Of a stretch of DNA of 64,000 bases, positions 27,776-39,952 are shown piece by piece. This DNA comes from Eledone cirrhosa (taxonomy: Eukaryota), in NCBI GenBank assembly GCA_964016885.1, contig OZ024758.1, positions 31,124,001 to 31,188,000 of the forward strand, read 5' to 3'. A program made the translations under genes and the position numbers. The notes beneath the pieces are model-generated. The model was not told where the DNA came from. It saw nothing but the letters and a program-made list of their open reading frames with translations, and ran no database searches. Every line of letters starts with the position of its first letter. Positions within the stretch are counted from its first letter, which is position 1.

Positions 27776-28510
27776 CTACATACATACATACATACAGGCA
27801 TACATACATACAGCATACATACATACAGACAGACATATATACATACAAACATACATACAAGCATACAGGCATACAGGCATACATACAGACATACATACAT
27901 ACATACAAACATACATACAAGCATACAGGCATACAGGCATACAGGCATACAGGCATACAGGCATACATACATACATACATACAAACATACATACATACAG
28001 GCATACATGCATACATAAAAACATACATACATGCATACATACATGCATACATACATACATACAAACACACATACAGGCATACAGGCATACAGGCATACAG
28101 GCATACAGGCATACATACATACATACATACAAACATACATACATACAGGCATACATGCATACATAAAAACATACATACATGCATACATACATGCATACAT
28201 ACATACATACAAACACACATACAGGCATACAGGCATACAGGCATACATACATACAGACAGACATACATACAAACACACATACAGGCATACAGGCATACAG
28301 GCATACAGACATACATACATACAGACAGACATACATACATACACACAAACATACATACAAGCATACATATATACATACATACATACATAAAACATACATA
28401 CAGGCATATAAACATACATACAGGCAAACATATATACATACAGACCGACATACATACATATATACAGACATACACACATACAAATATACAGGCATACATA
28501 CAGACATACA
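27776..28510. repeat. Compound (CATA)n/(CAGGCATA)n satellite
   Basis: Seen directly, with higher-order repetition. Confidence 0.95.
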
Positions 28511-28916
28511 TGGTGGCTGCCAACTCGTTTTCGAGTACGGCCACTACTTTATATCCATGTAGGAGAACCCCTACCGATGCGCTGAACGAGTGTGACTTTT
28601 TAGTCTAACCAGCGACTTCAAAACTCTGGTACAAACACTACACTTGTGACAATTATTGACACATAGTGCTGGCCCCATGGTACCATGTGACAACAAGTGC
28701 AGAGAGATCTCCAGATATAAAGCAATGCCTGTGCCGTGAAGCTTTTATAGTGAGCGAAGGCACTGCACAAAGCCAGTCCCACTCTCTTAACCAAGATGAT
28801 ATTTACCAAAAAGAAGAACAAGTCAACATCATTGGATACCATCAGGGTTGCAGGCGTTATATCAGAGTTTTCCTTCTCCTAGAATTCTGCATTGACAAAG
28901 GCTAAGGGGTCATCTC
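28511..28916 (-). mobile_element. RTE-derived short element (family R), 5'-truncated
   Basis: Reverse complement of part of 45796-46362; (ATGT)n tail. Confidence 0.8.
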
Positions 28917-29015
28917 TACAGGCATACATACAAACATACAGACATACCTACATACATGCATACAAACATACATACAAACATACAGACATACCTACATACA
29001 GACATACATACATAC

Positions 29016-29481
29016 AAGGAGAATATTTATGCAGAACTAGTGAGAATTCTTCAGATACTCCACCCTGATTACACCTTCAGATTTATGCCTGTGATTATTG
29101 GGGCACTGGGATATGATAATAACTGCCGCAATACAAATCTTGAGAAGTTGGGCTTCACAAGAACAGAAAGAATACGACTTGTTAGGAAATTACAAGTACA
29201 ATCCATTAATGGAACAGTAAAAATATGTAAGACATTCCAAAAATGTTGCATCTAATAACTGCATATACACATATACAGATACAAAGCATATACACATGCA
29301 CACATACAACTCAAAACATCCACATCCACACATACAACAACATCCATATCTACACATGCAGACATACATACACATCTACCTAGTTGATGTTGTATAAATT
29401 CCAATGAGAGAGTCTTGTGTCTATGTTAGAAACCGACTCTCTCTATTGGTAAAAATTTGTGAAATTATAAAACCAGAAGAA
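29016..29481 (+). mobile_element. R4/Dong-like LINE 3' end (RLE C-terminus + 3' UTR) inside (CATA)n
   Basis: YAELVRILQIL...FMPVIIGALG...LEKLGF; ends at aaaaccagaagaa then CATA repeats. Confidence 0.7.
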
Positions 29482-29591
29482 CATACATATATACATACAT
29501 ACCTGCATACATACATACATACATACATACATACAAACATACATACATACATACATACATACATACAAACATACATACATACAAACATACA

Positions 29592-29733
29592 TGGTGGTTG
29601 CCAACTCGTTTTCGAATACGGCCACTACTTTATATCCATGTAGGAGAACCCCTACCGATGCGCTGAACGAATGTGACTTTTTAGTCCAGCCAGCGACTTG
29701 AAAACTCTGGTACAAACACTACACTTGTGACAA
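29592..29733 (-). mobile_element. Family R 3' fragment
   Basis: Matches the start of 28511-28916. Confidence 0.8.
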
Positions 29734-29783
29734 ACATACATACAAACATATATACACTTATAAATACATCATACATGTATATA

Positions 29784-29840
<57 letters not shown>

Positions 29841-29914
29841 CCCACTCTACTAGTCTAAGTATTGAGTACTTTGGTGCGTTATGGTCCATCTGGTTCCTTA
29901 CCACATTTCCTTCG

Positions 29915-30090
<176 letters not shown>

Positions 30091-30176
30091 GTATATATAT
30101 ATATGTATGATTGAAGTAATTCCATCGGAAAAGTCCAGGAAAAAAGAGTGCTCTATGTATGCAACAGAGCTTAATT

Positions 30177-30421
30177 ATTATTATTATGTAATAAACAACA
30201 TAAGGCAATTATTCCATTTACCAGTGGTTTCTTAAAAGCAAAAGGTTTTGCTTTCAATCCTCAGAATGAAAAATCCTGGTTTGTTTATTGAATATGGATT
30301 CAATATTCAATAAACAAACCAGGATTTTTCATTCTGAGGATTGAAAGCAAAACCTTTTGCTTTTAAGAAACCACTGGTAAATGGAATAATTGCCTTATGT
30401 TGTTTATTACATAATAATAAT
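30177..30421. mobile_element. Fold-back element, 119-bp arms, 7-nt spacer, divergent HHR pair
   Basis: TTTCATT-CTGAGGA-TTGAAAGCAAAA(CC)TTTTGCTTTTAA-GAAA-CCACTGG-TA/AATGGAA at 30327-30386 (+), mirror at 30212-30271 (-). Confidence 0.9.
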
Positions 30422-30659
30422 ATATATATATGTATGTAAATATATAAATAAGACAATAATAACAACAATAATAGAGACAATAAAGGTAATAAAATAGTAA
30501 AATATGCATGGTAGATATAGAGAACATAATGAATAATATTAGGGATACATTGAGATGTTCATAATAATAATAAGAGGAAAGTAAGATTTCAAGGAGTGTA
30601 GGAGTAATAAGACTGTAGGAGTAATAGGACAGCCTATAACGATAACCTGTTATCCCGTA

Positions 30660-30747
<88 letters not shown>

Positions 30748-30748
<1 letters not shown>

Positions 30749-31084
30749 TAAAAAGGAATAATAGATACAATATACCTATTTTTTCTTTTGTCCCGACTGT
30801 ACAGTTTCGCTGGTCACTATGCAAGAATGTTATATCATAGATACGTAACATTGTTGTGAGGTAAGCCAGCTTATCAAGGGAGCACCTCCGCCTTTCTGAG
30901 ATTTTCTCGCATGCTACGGACGTATGTAGTTAGGGCTCTTCCCTGAGGTGCTCCCTTGATAAGCTGGCTTACCTCACAACAATGTTACATATCTATGATA
31001 TAACATTTTTGCATAGTGACCAGCGAAACTGTACAGTCGGGACAAAAGAAAAAAATAGGTATATTGTATCTATTATTCCTTTTT

Positions 31085-31086
<2 letters not shown>
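30748..31086. mobile_element. Fold-back element, ~141-bp arms, 56-nt spacer, divergent U3-A8 HHR pair
   Basis: TCCC-TTGATAA-GCTGG...CCAGC-GAAA-CTGTACAG-TC/GGGA at 30952-31042 (+), mirror at 30791-30881 (-). Confidence 0.88.
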
Positions 31087-31124
<38 letters not shown>

Positions 31125-31152
31125 GATTGGGCTCTGAAATAGCGGTGTATTC

Positions 31153-31367
31153 ATGAATGTATGTATAGTATATTTGGCAATATACCTTATGTCTAATTAA
31201 TAACATTTAGAAGACCATACGCTATCAGTTTTAAAGTAGTGAGTGTGTTACTTACTTATTTTCGGCCAAAGAAGGGAGAGAAGCTAACAGTCTGTTTCAC
31301 GCTGGTTGGCGTTCATCAGATTCAAAAACATACGGTATATTGCCAAATATACTATACATACATTCAT
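31153..31367 (-). mobile_element. Short element with 34-bp inverted ends and an HHR core lacking helix I
   Basis: Arms 31153-31186/31334-31367; CTGATGA-ACGC(CAACCA)GCGT-GAAA-CAGACTG-TT at 31285-31320. Confidence 0.7.
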
Positions 31368-31777
31368 ATATATATATAGAGAGAGATAGATAAATAGTGT
31401 TTGATGACTGGTAGATATATAGAAAATCGGGCAGGCGAAAGAGAACCACACATATATTGAATTAACTATGCCCTTCTACTAAAATCAGGATGTTGTGCCC
31501 AAGTTAGAACTCTCTATCCCACTCTCACCCCTCTCCCTCATCACACACGCGCCGCGCGCGCGCCAGTATAGCTCTTTATACAAAACGATGTTTTCCATTT
31601 CAGGTAGATGCACTCCATCATCCACTTTCTAAAAAAATAAATCATACACAAAACGCCAGCATCTACAGTTTTCCAAGAGATGTCAGCATGACTGGACCTG
31701 TTATTTTTTTATCTAAAGACATTTTTTTTTCAATTCCACCCCGCCCGTCCCTTCAATCTATCTTTTTCTCATTCTTT

Positions 31778-31814
31778 TTTCTGATGAAGGACTAGCGTCC
31801 GAAACTATTTCAAG
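31778..31814 (+). ncRNA. Hammerhead-like motif, helix III decayed
   Basis: CTGATGA-A-GGAC(TAGC)GTCC-GAAA-CTATTTCAAG; truncated relative at 22203-22218. Confidence 0.55.
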
Positions 31815-31973
31815 CGTTAACCTAATATATTCCTTCTATATACTGTACTGATTGTGTTATTTCTGTTTAGCTTTTACATATATATATAAGCAAAGGGATA
31901 TTTAATTTGTTGGTATTTCAACAAATATATTTATAACAGATTCGAAGCACTCGACAAGTTTTCTGGAGTATAA

Positions 31974-32269
31974 TATCAATGATATTAATAAATGGAAACT
32001 ATATTTATAAAATCATATTTGTTCTGTTATATATATTTCAAGGGTACCAAAACATTGGTAGGCTCTCATAAGATAAAATACAAAGTTTGTTTTATAAATA
32101 GTGACATATCCAGGAATGAGACCTTAACGGTTCAAGTTCCGTCTGGATAACCGTTAACTTTGTATTTTATCTGATGAGAGCATACCAATGTTTTGGTACA
32201 CTTTAAATATATATAATAGAATAAATATGGTTTTATAAATATAGTTTCCATTTATTAATATCATTGATA
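31974..32269. mobile_element. Older fold-back element, 114-bp arms, both HHRs mutated
   Basis: Arms 31974-32087/32156-32269 with ~7 mismatches; plus copy has TAAA for GAAA, minus copy has CTTATGA. Confidence 0.85.
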
Positions 32270-32428
32270 AATATATATATATAAAAGAAAAACACAAGCG
32301 GAGCACAATCCGTTCCTCAGTTGTCTGCTGGAGATCACGTGCATTAAAGGGATTGTCCCCTGCTTGTGGTTTCCTTTTCATTTTTAAATACACTTTATCA
32401 AGTAACCACACAGCTCACTGTTTCTTCC

Positions 32429-32470
<42 letters not shown>

Positions 32471-32604
32471 CTATTTATAGTTATGTATATACTATAAACA
32501 ACTATAAACAGGAAAGGTCAGTAATGTCCTACTACCTTATTACCAGTAAGAGAAATAGCCCAATGTAAGCACATCAGGTGTTTTACAGAGCAGGAAAATA
32601 AATC

Positions 32605-33108
32605 AGACAATTATCAAAGTTGTGTTCAAATCATTTAATAGCTGACAATCGTTTCTTCCAAACATATTTGTTTACCATACAGTATTTATTTATTTATCTA
32701 TATTGCATAATACCTTTGCTTATTTCCTTCTCATATATTTGACTAACGCATGTGTACTTTCTACACGCTTGCATATGTATTGCTAATGTACTCTTTCTTT
32801 CTCAATGCCTCTTTAATTATTAGACTATTCTCTTGGATTATCTGTTGCATGTATTCCACTCTGTGTTTTTAATTTTAATTTGAATTATTGTACAATTCTC
32901 GTATAATATATGTCGCATCCATTACACCCTGTAAATACGAAACTGTTGCTCACAACATCAATATAAATATATCTATATGATTGTTCAGATGAATAGGAGG
33001 TTAATTATATGTACAAACATTGATAATGCTCCGATGACTCCAAACGAAAGTTTGGAAGAAACGATTGTCAGCTATTAAATGATTTGAACACAACTTTGAT
33101 AATTGTCT
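32605..33108 (+). mobile_element. Element with 59-bp inverted ends and C4-variant HHR (33028-33072)
   Basis: Arms 32605-32663/33050-33108; GCT-CCGATGA-C-TCCAAAC(GAAA)GTTTGGA-A-GAAA-CGATTG-TC/AGC; relative at 59140-59545. Confidence 0.82.
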
Positions 33109-33118
33109 AATTTATATA

Positions 33119-36100
33119 TCTATATATATAAAGTGAAGTTGGGCGTTGTTTGTTTATTTGTTTGGTGTCCCGAACTTGCAGACTATACCGTTCATCCGAT
33201 TTTGATGAAACTTGACACATATATAAAACTCGATAGGCTACTTGAAATCGATATTTTCAAAAATCATCCGATTTCGATGAAACTCGACGCAAGTGTGTAT
33301 TTTGATCCGGGGATGAACGTGGGCTATATTAAATTTTCGAAAAATCGATGATTGGATCACCAGAGGCAAAAGTCGATATTTACGAAATTTTGATGAGAGG
33401 ATCAACGTGGGGTACTTGAAATTTTCAAATAATCGATAATCGGACCCCAAGAAGCAAAAATCCGGCAACCGAAAAACGCCATTCTTCTTCCTTCCATTTG
33501 TCGCGATTCCCGCCATGCAAAAAACGTTCAATCTATCAGGATTATCCACCGTATGTCTCTTTAAATTAATGCTCACCATATTCAGCAAACCTTTGATGTC
33601 GATTCTTCCATTTCTTATATAAGGACTATCAAGACTATACCGCCGCGCATCATCCTGTATTGCGCCCAGTCTTCTCAAGCGATAATCGAGCCTCCATGCG
33701 CTCTCTTCATTCCCGTGGTCCCACTACCGTAGCATAATGAGGCATCAGTCAACCCCTGCCCTCTCCCTTCCCTGCATGCCGTCGACCCACTGCATCGTTG
33801 TGCATCACCATGCGCATCTCTGCCCTGTCAGCCGCAATTCATACCCCGGCCCTTTCCATTGCCTGCCCTCCGTGGTCCCTAAGGACTGCCACGGCTCAAC
33901 ATGCCGAATCCCTGCCACCGTCCACCCCTACCCATTTCCATTGCCTACACTCCGTGAGAGCTCAAGACTTCCATGCCTGACCACGCCGCATCCCTGCCAC
34001 CGTCAAGCCCTACCCCCTCCCATCCCTGCACGCCGTCGTCCCACTGCATAGTCATGCCTCACCATGCCGCATTACTGCCTTGTCGGCCACCATCCCCTCC
34101 TCAGCCCTTTCTTTTGCCTGCCCGCCGTGCTCCTTCAAGACTGCCATGCCTAACCAGGCCGCATTCCTGCCACCATCAAGTCTGCCCTCTCCCTTCCCTG
34201 CACGCCGTCGTCCCACTGCATCGTCATGCCTAACCATGCCGCATCCATGCTCTGTCGGCCGCCATGCCCTCCCCTGCCCTCTCCCTTACCCGCACGCCTT
34301 GGTCCTTCACGAGTGCCATGGCTCACCATGCGGAATCCCAGCATGTTAATCCCTGCCCTCTCCCTTCCCTGCACACCGTCGTCCCACTGCATCGTCATGC
34401 CTCACCATGCCGCATTACTGCCCTGTCGGCCACCATCCCCTCATCAGCCCTTTATTTTTCCTGCCCGCCGTGCTCCTTCAAGACTGCCATGCCTTACCAA
34501 GCCGCATCGCTGCCACCGTCAACCCCTGCCCTCTCCCTTGCCCGTACGCCCTGTCCCTCACGACTAACATGGCTCACCATGCGGCATTCCTGCCCTGTCA
34601 GCAACTTGCTCAAATGTCATCAGCAATGGTTTATTCCTGCGCCGCACATAACCGCCCGTTATCTCAGACCAAAGACAGCACCGAACATGAAGACGAACCT
34701 GTTTAATCTTTTTACGTTCATTTTGACCATATTTAACAAAATTAAACAAAAATTCATCCCTTTCTCCTCCAAAGCCTACCGATCATGTATGGCCAATAAA
34801 CATCCTGCCTTGCACCTGGTTTTCTCAAACAATCATCGTGCCTCCCGATGCTCTCTACATTCCCGAGGTGCAACTCAATCGGCATGCCGCATCCACGCCC
34901 TGTCAGCCGCCATGCACCCTGCCCTTTCGTCATGCCCCATCATGTTGCATCCCTGCCCTGTCAGCCGTCATCCACTCCCCGACCCTTTCCACTGCTGAGG
35001 GACCAAGTCGCATCCCTGCTACCGTCAACCCCTGCCCTCTCCGTTCCCTGCACGCGGTCGTCCCACTGCATCGTCAAGCATCACCATGCCGCATCAATGC
35101 CGCCATCCACTCCTCGGCCCTTTCTTTTGCCTGCCCGCAGTGCTCCTTCAAGCGTGCCATGGCTCACCATGCGGCATCCTTGCCACCGTCCACCCCTGCC
35201 CTCTTCCTTGTCTAATGGCCGTCGTCCCACTGCATCGTCATACCTCAGGATGCCGCATCCATGCACTGTCAGCTACCATCCCCTCCTTGCCACTTTCTTT
35301 TGCCTGACCGCCGTGCTCCTTCAAGACTCCCATGGCAATCTATGCCGCACCAATTCCTTGCCACCCGCTTAAACGTCATCAGCATGGCTTATTGTTGCCC
35401 CATTGGACCACCGATTTTCGCAGGCTAAACACAATACCAACGTGCACCACAGTCCATGGTAAATCTTTTTAATTACATGTTCATAAGCAAAGGATGAATA
35501 GCAACTCTTTCATTTCTCCTGACATGCATTTCTGTCAATTATGGCCGAGAAGCATCCTGTGTAGCATCGCGTCTTCTCAAGCGATCAGCGTGCCTTCCAC
35601 TGTCCTCACAATTGACTCACAACGTCGCATCTATTCCATGCGACGCCCCTAAACATCATCAGCATGGCTTATTTTTCTGCCGCGTTTAACAGGCCCTCAT
35701 TCTAGGCCATAAACAACAAAACCGCACGATGATGCTGCGTAAGTCTATTTAAATTAATGGTAAACATGTTCAGCAAAACAATTGTAACAATTCTTCCTCT
35801 TCACCTCCAAGGCCTATCCATTACATCTTAGAGGTTGGAATTCGCAATTTCTACGATTTCAATATTGACACAACAGTCCGTCAGGTTTTTCGGCCCATGT
35901 TGCTCCGATAGGAATATCAACGTGATTTTCACTTAATTCGTAAGTGTTCAGTCTTCCGTATGCTTTTATTTTTTCTTGATACAACACCGACTACAATCAT
36001 CTAACTTCACTTTGTAGGCTAGACACGAATCACAAGGAAAACAATCCTCTGATATACAACCCCGCCAAATTCTTTGGTCTACCTAGATTTCAATGACTAT

Positions 36101-37154
36101 ATCCTTTGCTTTTGTACGGTTGTACATTTGACAATGTCGCAAAACATTATTCCACTTTATTCTTACCTTTCAGCTATGAATTGGGCAGTGCCTTAAAATC
36201 CCGGTATATTTGCGTGCAATTTTTTGGTATCTTATGAATGAAGAATCGAAAACCCTTTTTCTCATAACCTGATACATGCGTTACACATGCTCCATGGATA
36301 TTTGTGGACTATGTTTTCAAAATACCAATATCACAGATTGGAGCACAAAAAGAAACGTTTGTTCTTCATTTATTTCGGTTAAAGCATCCTGCTGGAATTT
36401 AGCGCAGACTCGTTTAAATCCAGCGCCTTATAACCCCGAGTGTAACCGGGTACACCAGCTAGAAAGACAGATGGAAACATTGTTTCCTCGGTCCGATTTG
36501 ACGAAAGTCGATTTAGTTCCACAACAAATTAACAAACCATACTTGAAGACACGTTGAGGCTGTTGCAAAGGGCAATAACCCTAGACACAATTTTGATCAA
36601 CTTTTTTTCACCTATAGCAAATTTACCGGGACAGCTTTTTAGCTACTTCAGAGGTCACGCATTCATGTAAAAATCAATAAAACTGAAGCGGGGGTTCGAC
36701 TTTGCGCAAAAAACAATGCAAAGTTGCACATGGGAAAACTTTTTACAGGAACGTCCGATGTTCTTGAAAATTGTCGCAAAAGACTCGCCATTATGCCGCG
36801 GTTCATATAAAGTCCCTTTTATTTATTCTTCTGCACGTGTAAGCGCGAAAATTGTAAAAAAGAAAATGTGAAAAAATCGACTTTTTGACCCTGCTTTAAA
36901 AATCAACTGAAAATTCAATTTCAAGTGAATTTGAATTCCATCAGTCGTGCAAAGAACAATTTCAACGATACACTGTGAACCTACAATTGATCCATTATTT
37001 ATGCTCAATTACACACCTGCGTCTACTAACCTCTGTTTTTTTTCCTTGAGGTTCGAAGGTTTTGCACCTGTGATGCGCGGAAAGTAACTATCATACATTT
37101 TAACAACAGAGCAAAGGTCGGCTTATACCCGGACAACGCCGGGTACTTCTACTA

Positions 37155-37155
<1 letters not shown>
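33119..37155 (+). mobile_element. Non-autonomous Helitron-like element with two 3' terminators
   Basis: A then TCTATATATATAAA start; hairpin + CTAG at ~36435-36462; TACCCGG ACAACG CCGGGTA + CTAG at 37126-37155. Confidence 0.72.
33740..35370. repeat. GC-rich degenerate minisatellite inside the Helitron
   Basis: Recurrent gtcgtcccactgcatcgtcatgcc / caccatgccgcatccctgcc modules. Confidence 0.85.
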
Positions 37156-37194
<39 letters not shown>

Positions 37195-37195
37195 G

Positions 37196-37574
37196 GGGTA
37201 ACAAATTATTGTTATAGGTAGTCCACTTAGGTGTAATCCAGTTATGGTACTCCGGGTAGTGGATGATATCAACGCTTGGCTAAGTTTGACTCAACAATGC
37301 GTTTCCATAGTGATGCTGCGGGTACGCTGTAATTCCTATGTTGTAAACACTTGGAGTAATGATAAATCAGGAAAGAAGAATGACACGGTTTGCTATACAA
37401 AAAAGGTTTTTAATCTCATTGCTGACAATTGTTTCTCTGAACTGGTAGGTCTAGAGATCGCTACCCGCTTATTTTCACGTTACTCGATCGCCAATATAAA
37501 GTTATAACCAGTCAATTCTTCGGAGCTTGTGATTCCAATATAAGGGATAACAAAATATCGTTATAGGTAATCCA
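37196..37574 (-). mobile_element. Short element with ~30-bp terminal direct repeat and C4-variant long-helix-II HHR (37421-37526)
   Basis: GCT-CCGAAGA-ATTGACTGG...CCAGTTCAGA-GAAA-CAATTG-TC/AGC; tail cctataacgatattttgttatccc shared with 45726-45749 and similar at 30633-30656. Confidence 0.72.
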
Positions 37575-38003
37575 TGCACATCTGTCAGTCTGTTTGTCTG
37601 TCTTGTCTATCTATATGTCCGTCTGTCTGTCAGTATTTCTTTCTCTCTCTCACTGTGGGTGTTTGTGTATTCATATATATATACACACATATATTGAGTT
37701 GGTGCAATAATAATTGCTATTTCTGTTATTTTAAAACTCTGGGTCTATTTTTTAATAAACTTTTATTTACCAATTTCGAGCGTAGTTTTCAGTCTATTGA
37801 TTTGTACTAATAATTTTGCTTTCAATATTTAGTCCTATTTATTTTAGTTTATCAAATTAAAGATGAAAAACTGTAGCAGGATTCTAAAATTGTAATTCAT
37901 GAGTTTCAAATGGAACGCTAAGCAACAGAAACTGCTCGCGGCAATATCAAGCATTGATATTGAGCATGTTGAAGTGTAAAACCGTCAAACTCCAAACCAT
38001 TAA

Positions 38004-38191
38004 GGGGCGGTGGATTGGCAGTATTGGTAGAGGGTGGGACACCATGCTTTGACGCATAGAGTTACGGCCCATGCCATTCTGAGTTCAAATCCCGCCGAGG
38101 GTAACTTTGCCTTTCATCCTTACGATAAAATAAAGTACCAGTAATGCACTGGTTAATTGCTGCCCTTATGCCAAAAGTAGAAACAATTATT
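38004..38191 (+). mobile_element. tRNA-SINE (family 1)
   Basis: ggcggtggattggcagtattggtag...gagttcaaatccc...gtagaaacaattatt. Confidence 0.9.
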
Positions 38192-39199
38192 TAAGCGAAC
38201 TCAGGCAAATCAATGCAAGAGGTTTTAGAATGCTTTGCATTCAACAATTGAGACTTTCACCACATTCGGGAGTCAAAAAAGTTCGGCCAAATATGTAAAA
38301 CATTAACCGAAACGAAAGCAAATGAATTGCCTTTACCAAGTCGGCAGTGCACTTTTTTTGCATAACGAAAACGAGATTTTCTTTGTTTCATTGTGGCGTT
38401 GGATAAAATGTTGATTCGATATAACAGTTGGCATAACGAGCATTGAGCAGTACGTTACCCAACCAATACTACATTAAAAGATGGTTAGGGTGATTTATGG
38501 AAGAATAGAAATTAATTCATTCACTAGTACTTATTGATTCCATCACTGCATAGGTGTATTGGCAGGAAATCGAACAAAATGCACCAAAACAGCAGTATTT
38601 ACGTTTAAAATTACTGAACCACGAGCAAAGATTACTGGCGTGGAGATAAAAGACATGTTGCATGGACAATTGTCTGTCTTGTATAAAAAATCTTTCCTGT
38701 CACCTCCCCTTGGAGAGGAACTTTTCAGATACAGCGACACATCTAAAGTCTCACTAGATATAAGATGATCTCAATTTATTGTGTAACATATGTTATAAAC
38801 ACATATAGGACACACATACACTCATATACAACACACACATCCGCACATATATATAATCTTAAATATAAATTTATTATATTTTGGATGAATTACTTTTAAA
38901 AATGCCTGGAATTGATTCACATAGAATTGTTGCAGCCAAGCCATCCATAGGAGGTTCAAGTAGAGCTTTGTGTAATTCTCAAGATTTTAATGCTGACTCA
39001 AGCTCTAAATATCTTCTTTGTTAGTATTAACGCGGTTAAGTATTTGCCACTCCATTTCGGTATATTCTGTCCTGGTTATATATCCACCCACATGTAACTG
39101 ACTTTTTCGTCAAGTATAAACTCAAGAGGCACAAACTTCCCGCCTAGGTTTATATAGAAATCGTTTTGTTACAGAAACTTATTGACATGAAGATTTTCC

Positions 39200-39600
39200 T
39201 TACTCTAAAAGACCACAAAACAGATTTCATCAATAGTCCCATATGCAGATAAATAAATCCAGCACGAGGAAGCAAACCAACTTCAACCAGGGGTAAAATA
39301 CACAAACTAATACGCTAGATTCATTCAGCTTGACATAATACATTTTTACCCCTCGAGAGAAAGCCTTAGACTTTGCCACCAACTGCACTAGTGTACACGA
39401 CATAAACTACTAAATTATATGCCACGGAGGAGCCTAGATTAAAAGATCAACTTCTGAAGACCTATTTGATGTATCCATGGAACCATTTGATAGCGCGGAG
39501 GTATGCAATTTAGTGGGCCTATATATGTTGGACACGCTAAGAACAAAATTCCATGACTTCCATACAGACCTGTATCGCGACGATGGTCTAGACCAATCGA
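39200..39600 (+). pseudogene. Decayed PLE reverse transcriptase remnant
   Basis: FDSAEVCNLVGLYML...LYRDDGL motif. Confidence 0.65.
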
Positions 39601-39896
39601 ATAAGCCACATAAGGTTCCCCCTCCACTATCTCTCCACCCCTACTTACTGACCTCTACTTATTTCCTCAAACCCTTGTGGATTCTTAAGCTTACAATAAA
39701 TACAAGCATGACATAAATTACCTTCTCTTATTATATAAAAAGAGTTACTTGCCATATTCACTCCTTCTACAAACCTAACCCTTTAATAATTATTGCCCCT
39801 TTCTTTCGAACTAAAGACTAATCTAATACCAGAGTATTATTGCCCCTTTCTTTCGAAAGAAAGACTAATCTAATACCAGAGTCTATTTTATTATGG

Positions 39897-39952
39897 CCGA
39901 ACTGATGAACTGAGAGATTCTTAGATCTTCTTACTGAAACACGTGTATTCGG
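39897..39952 (+). ncRNA. Type I hammerhead downstream of the RT remnant
   Basis: CCGAA-CTGATGA-ACTGAGAGAT...ATCTTCTTACT-GAAA-CACGTG-TA/TTCGG. Confidence 0.85.

Noticed and set aside
30177-33108. MITEs (DNA transposons), given the terminal inverted repeats and TA flanks
   Set aside because: The arms are mirror copies of ribozyme-bearing 3' tails with variable breakpoints, and relatives occur without inversion (13345-13470, 59140-59545), favouring a retro origin.
33737-35372. Pro/Cys/His-rich ORFs up to 244 aa
   Set aside because: Overlapping frames of a GC-rich minisatellite inside a Helitron-like element; no recognisable domain.
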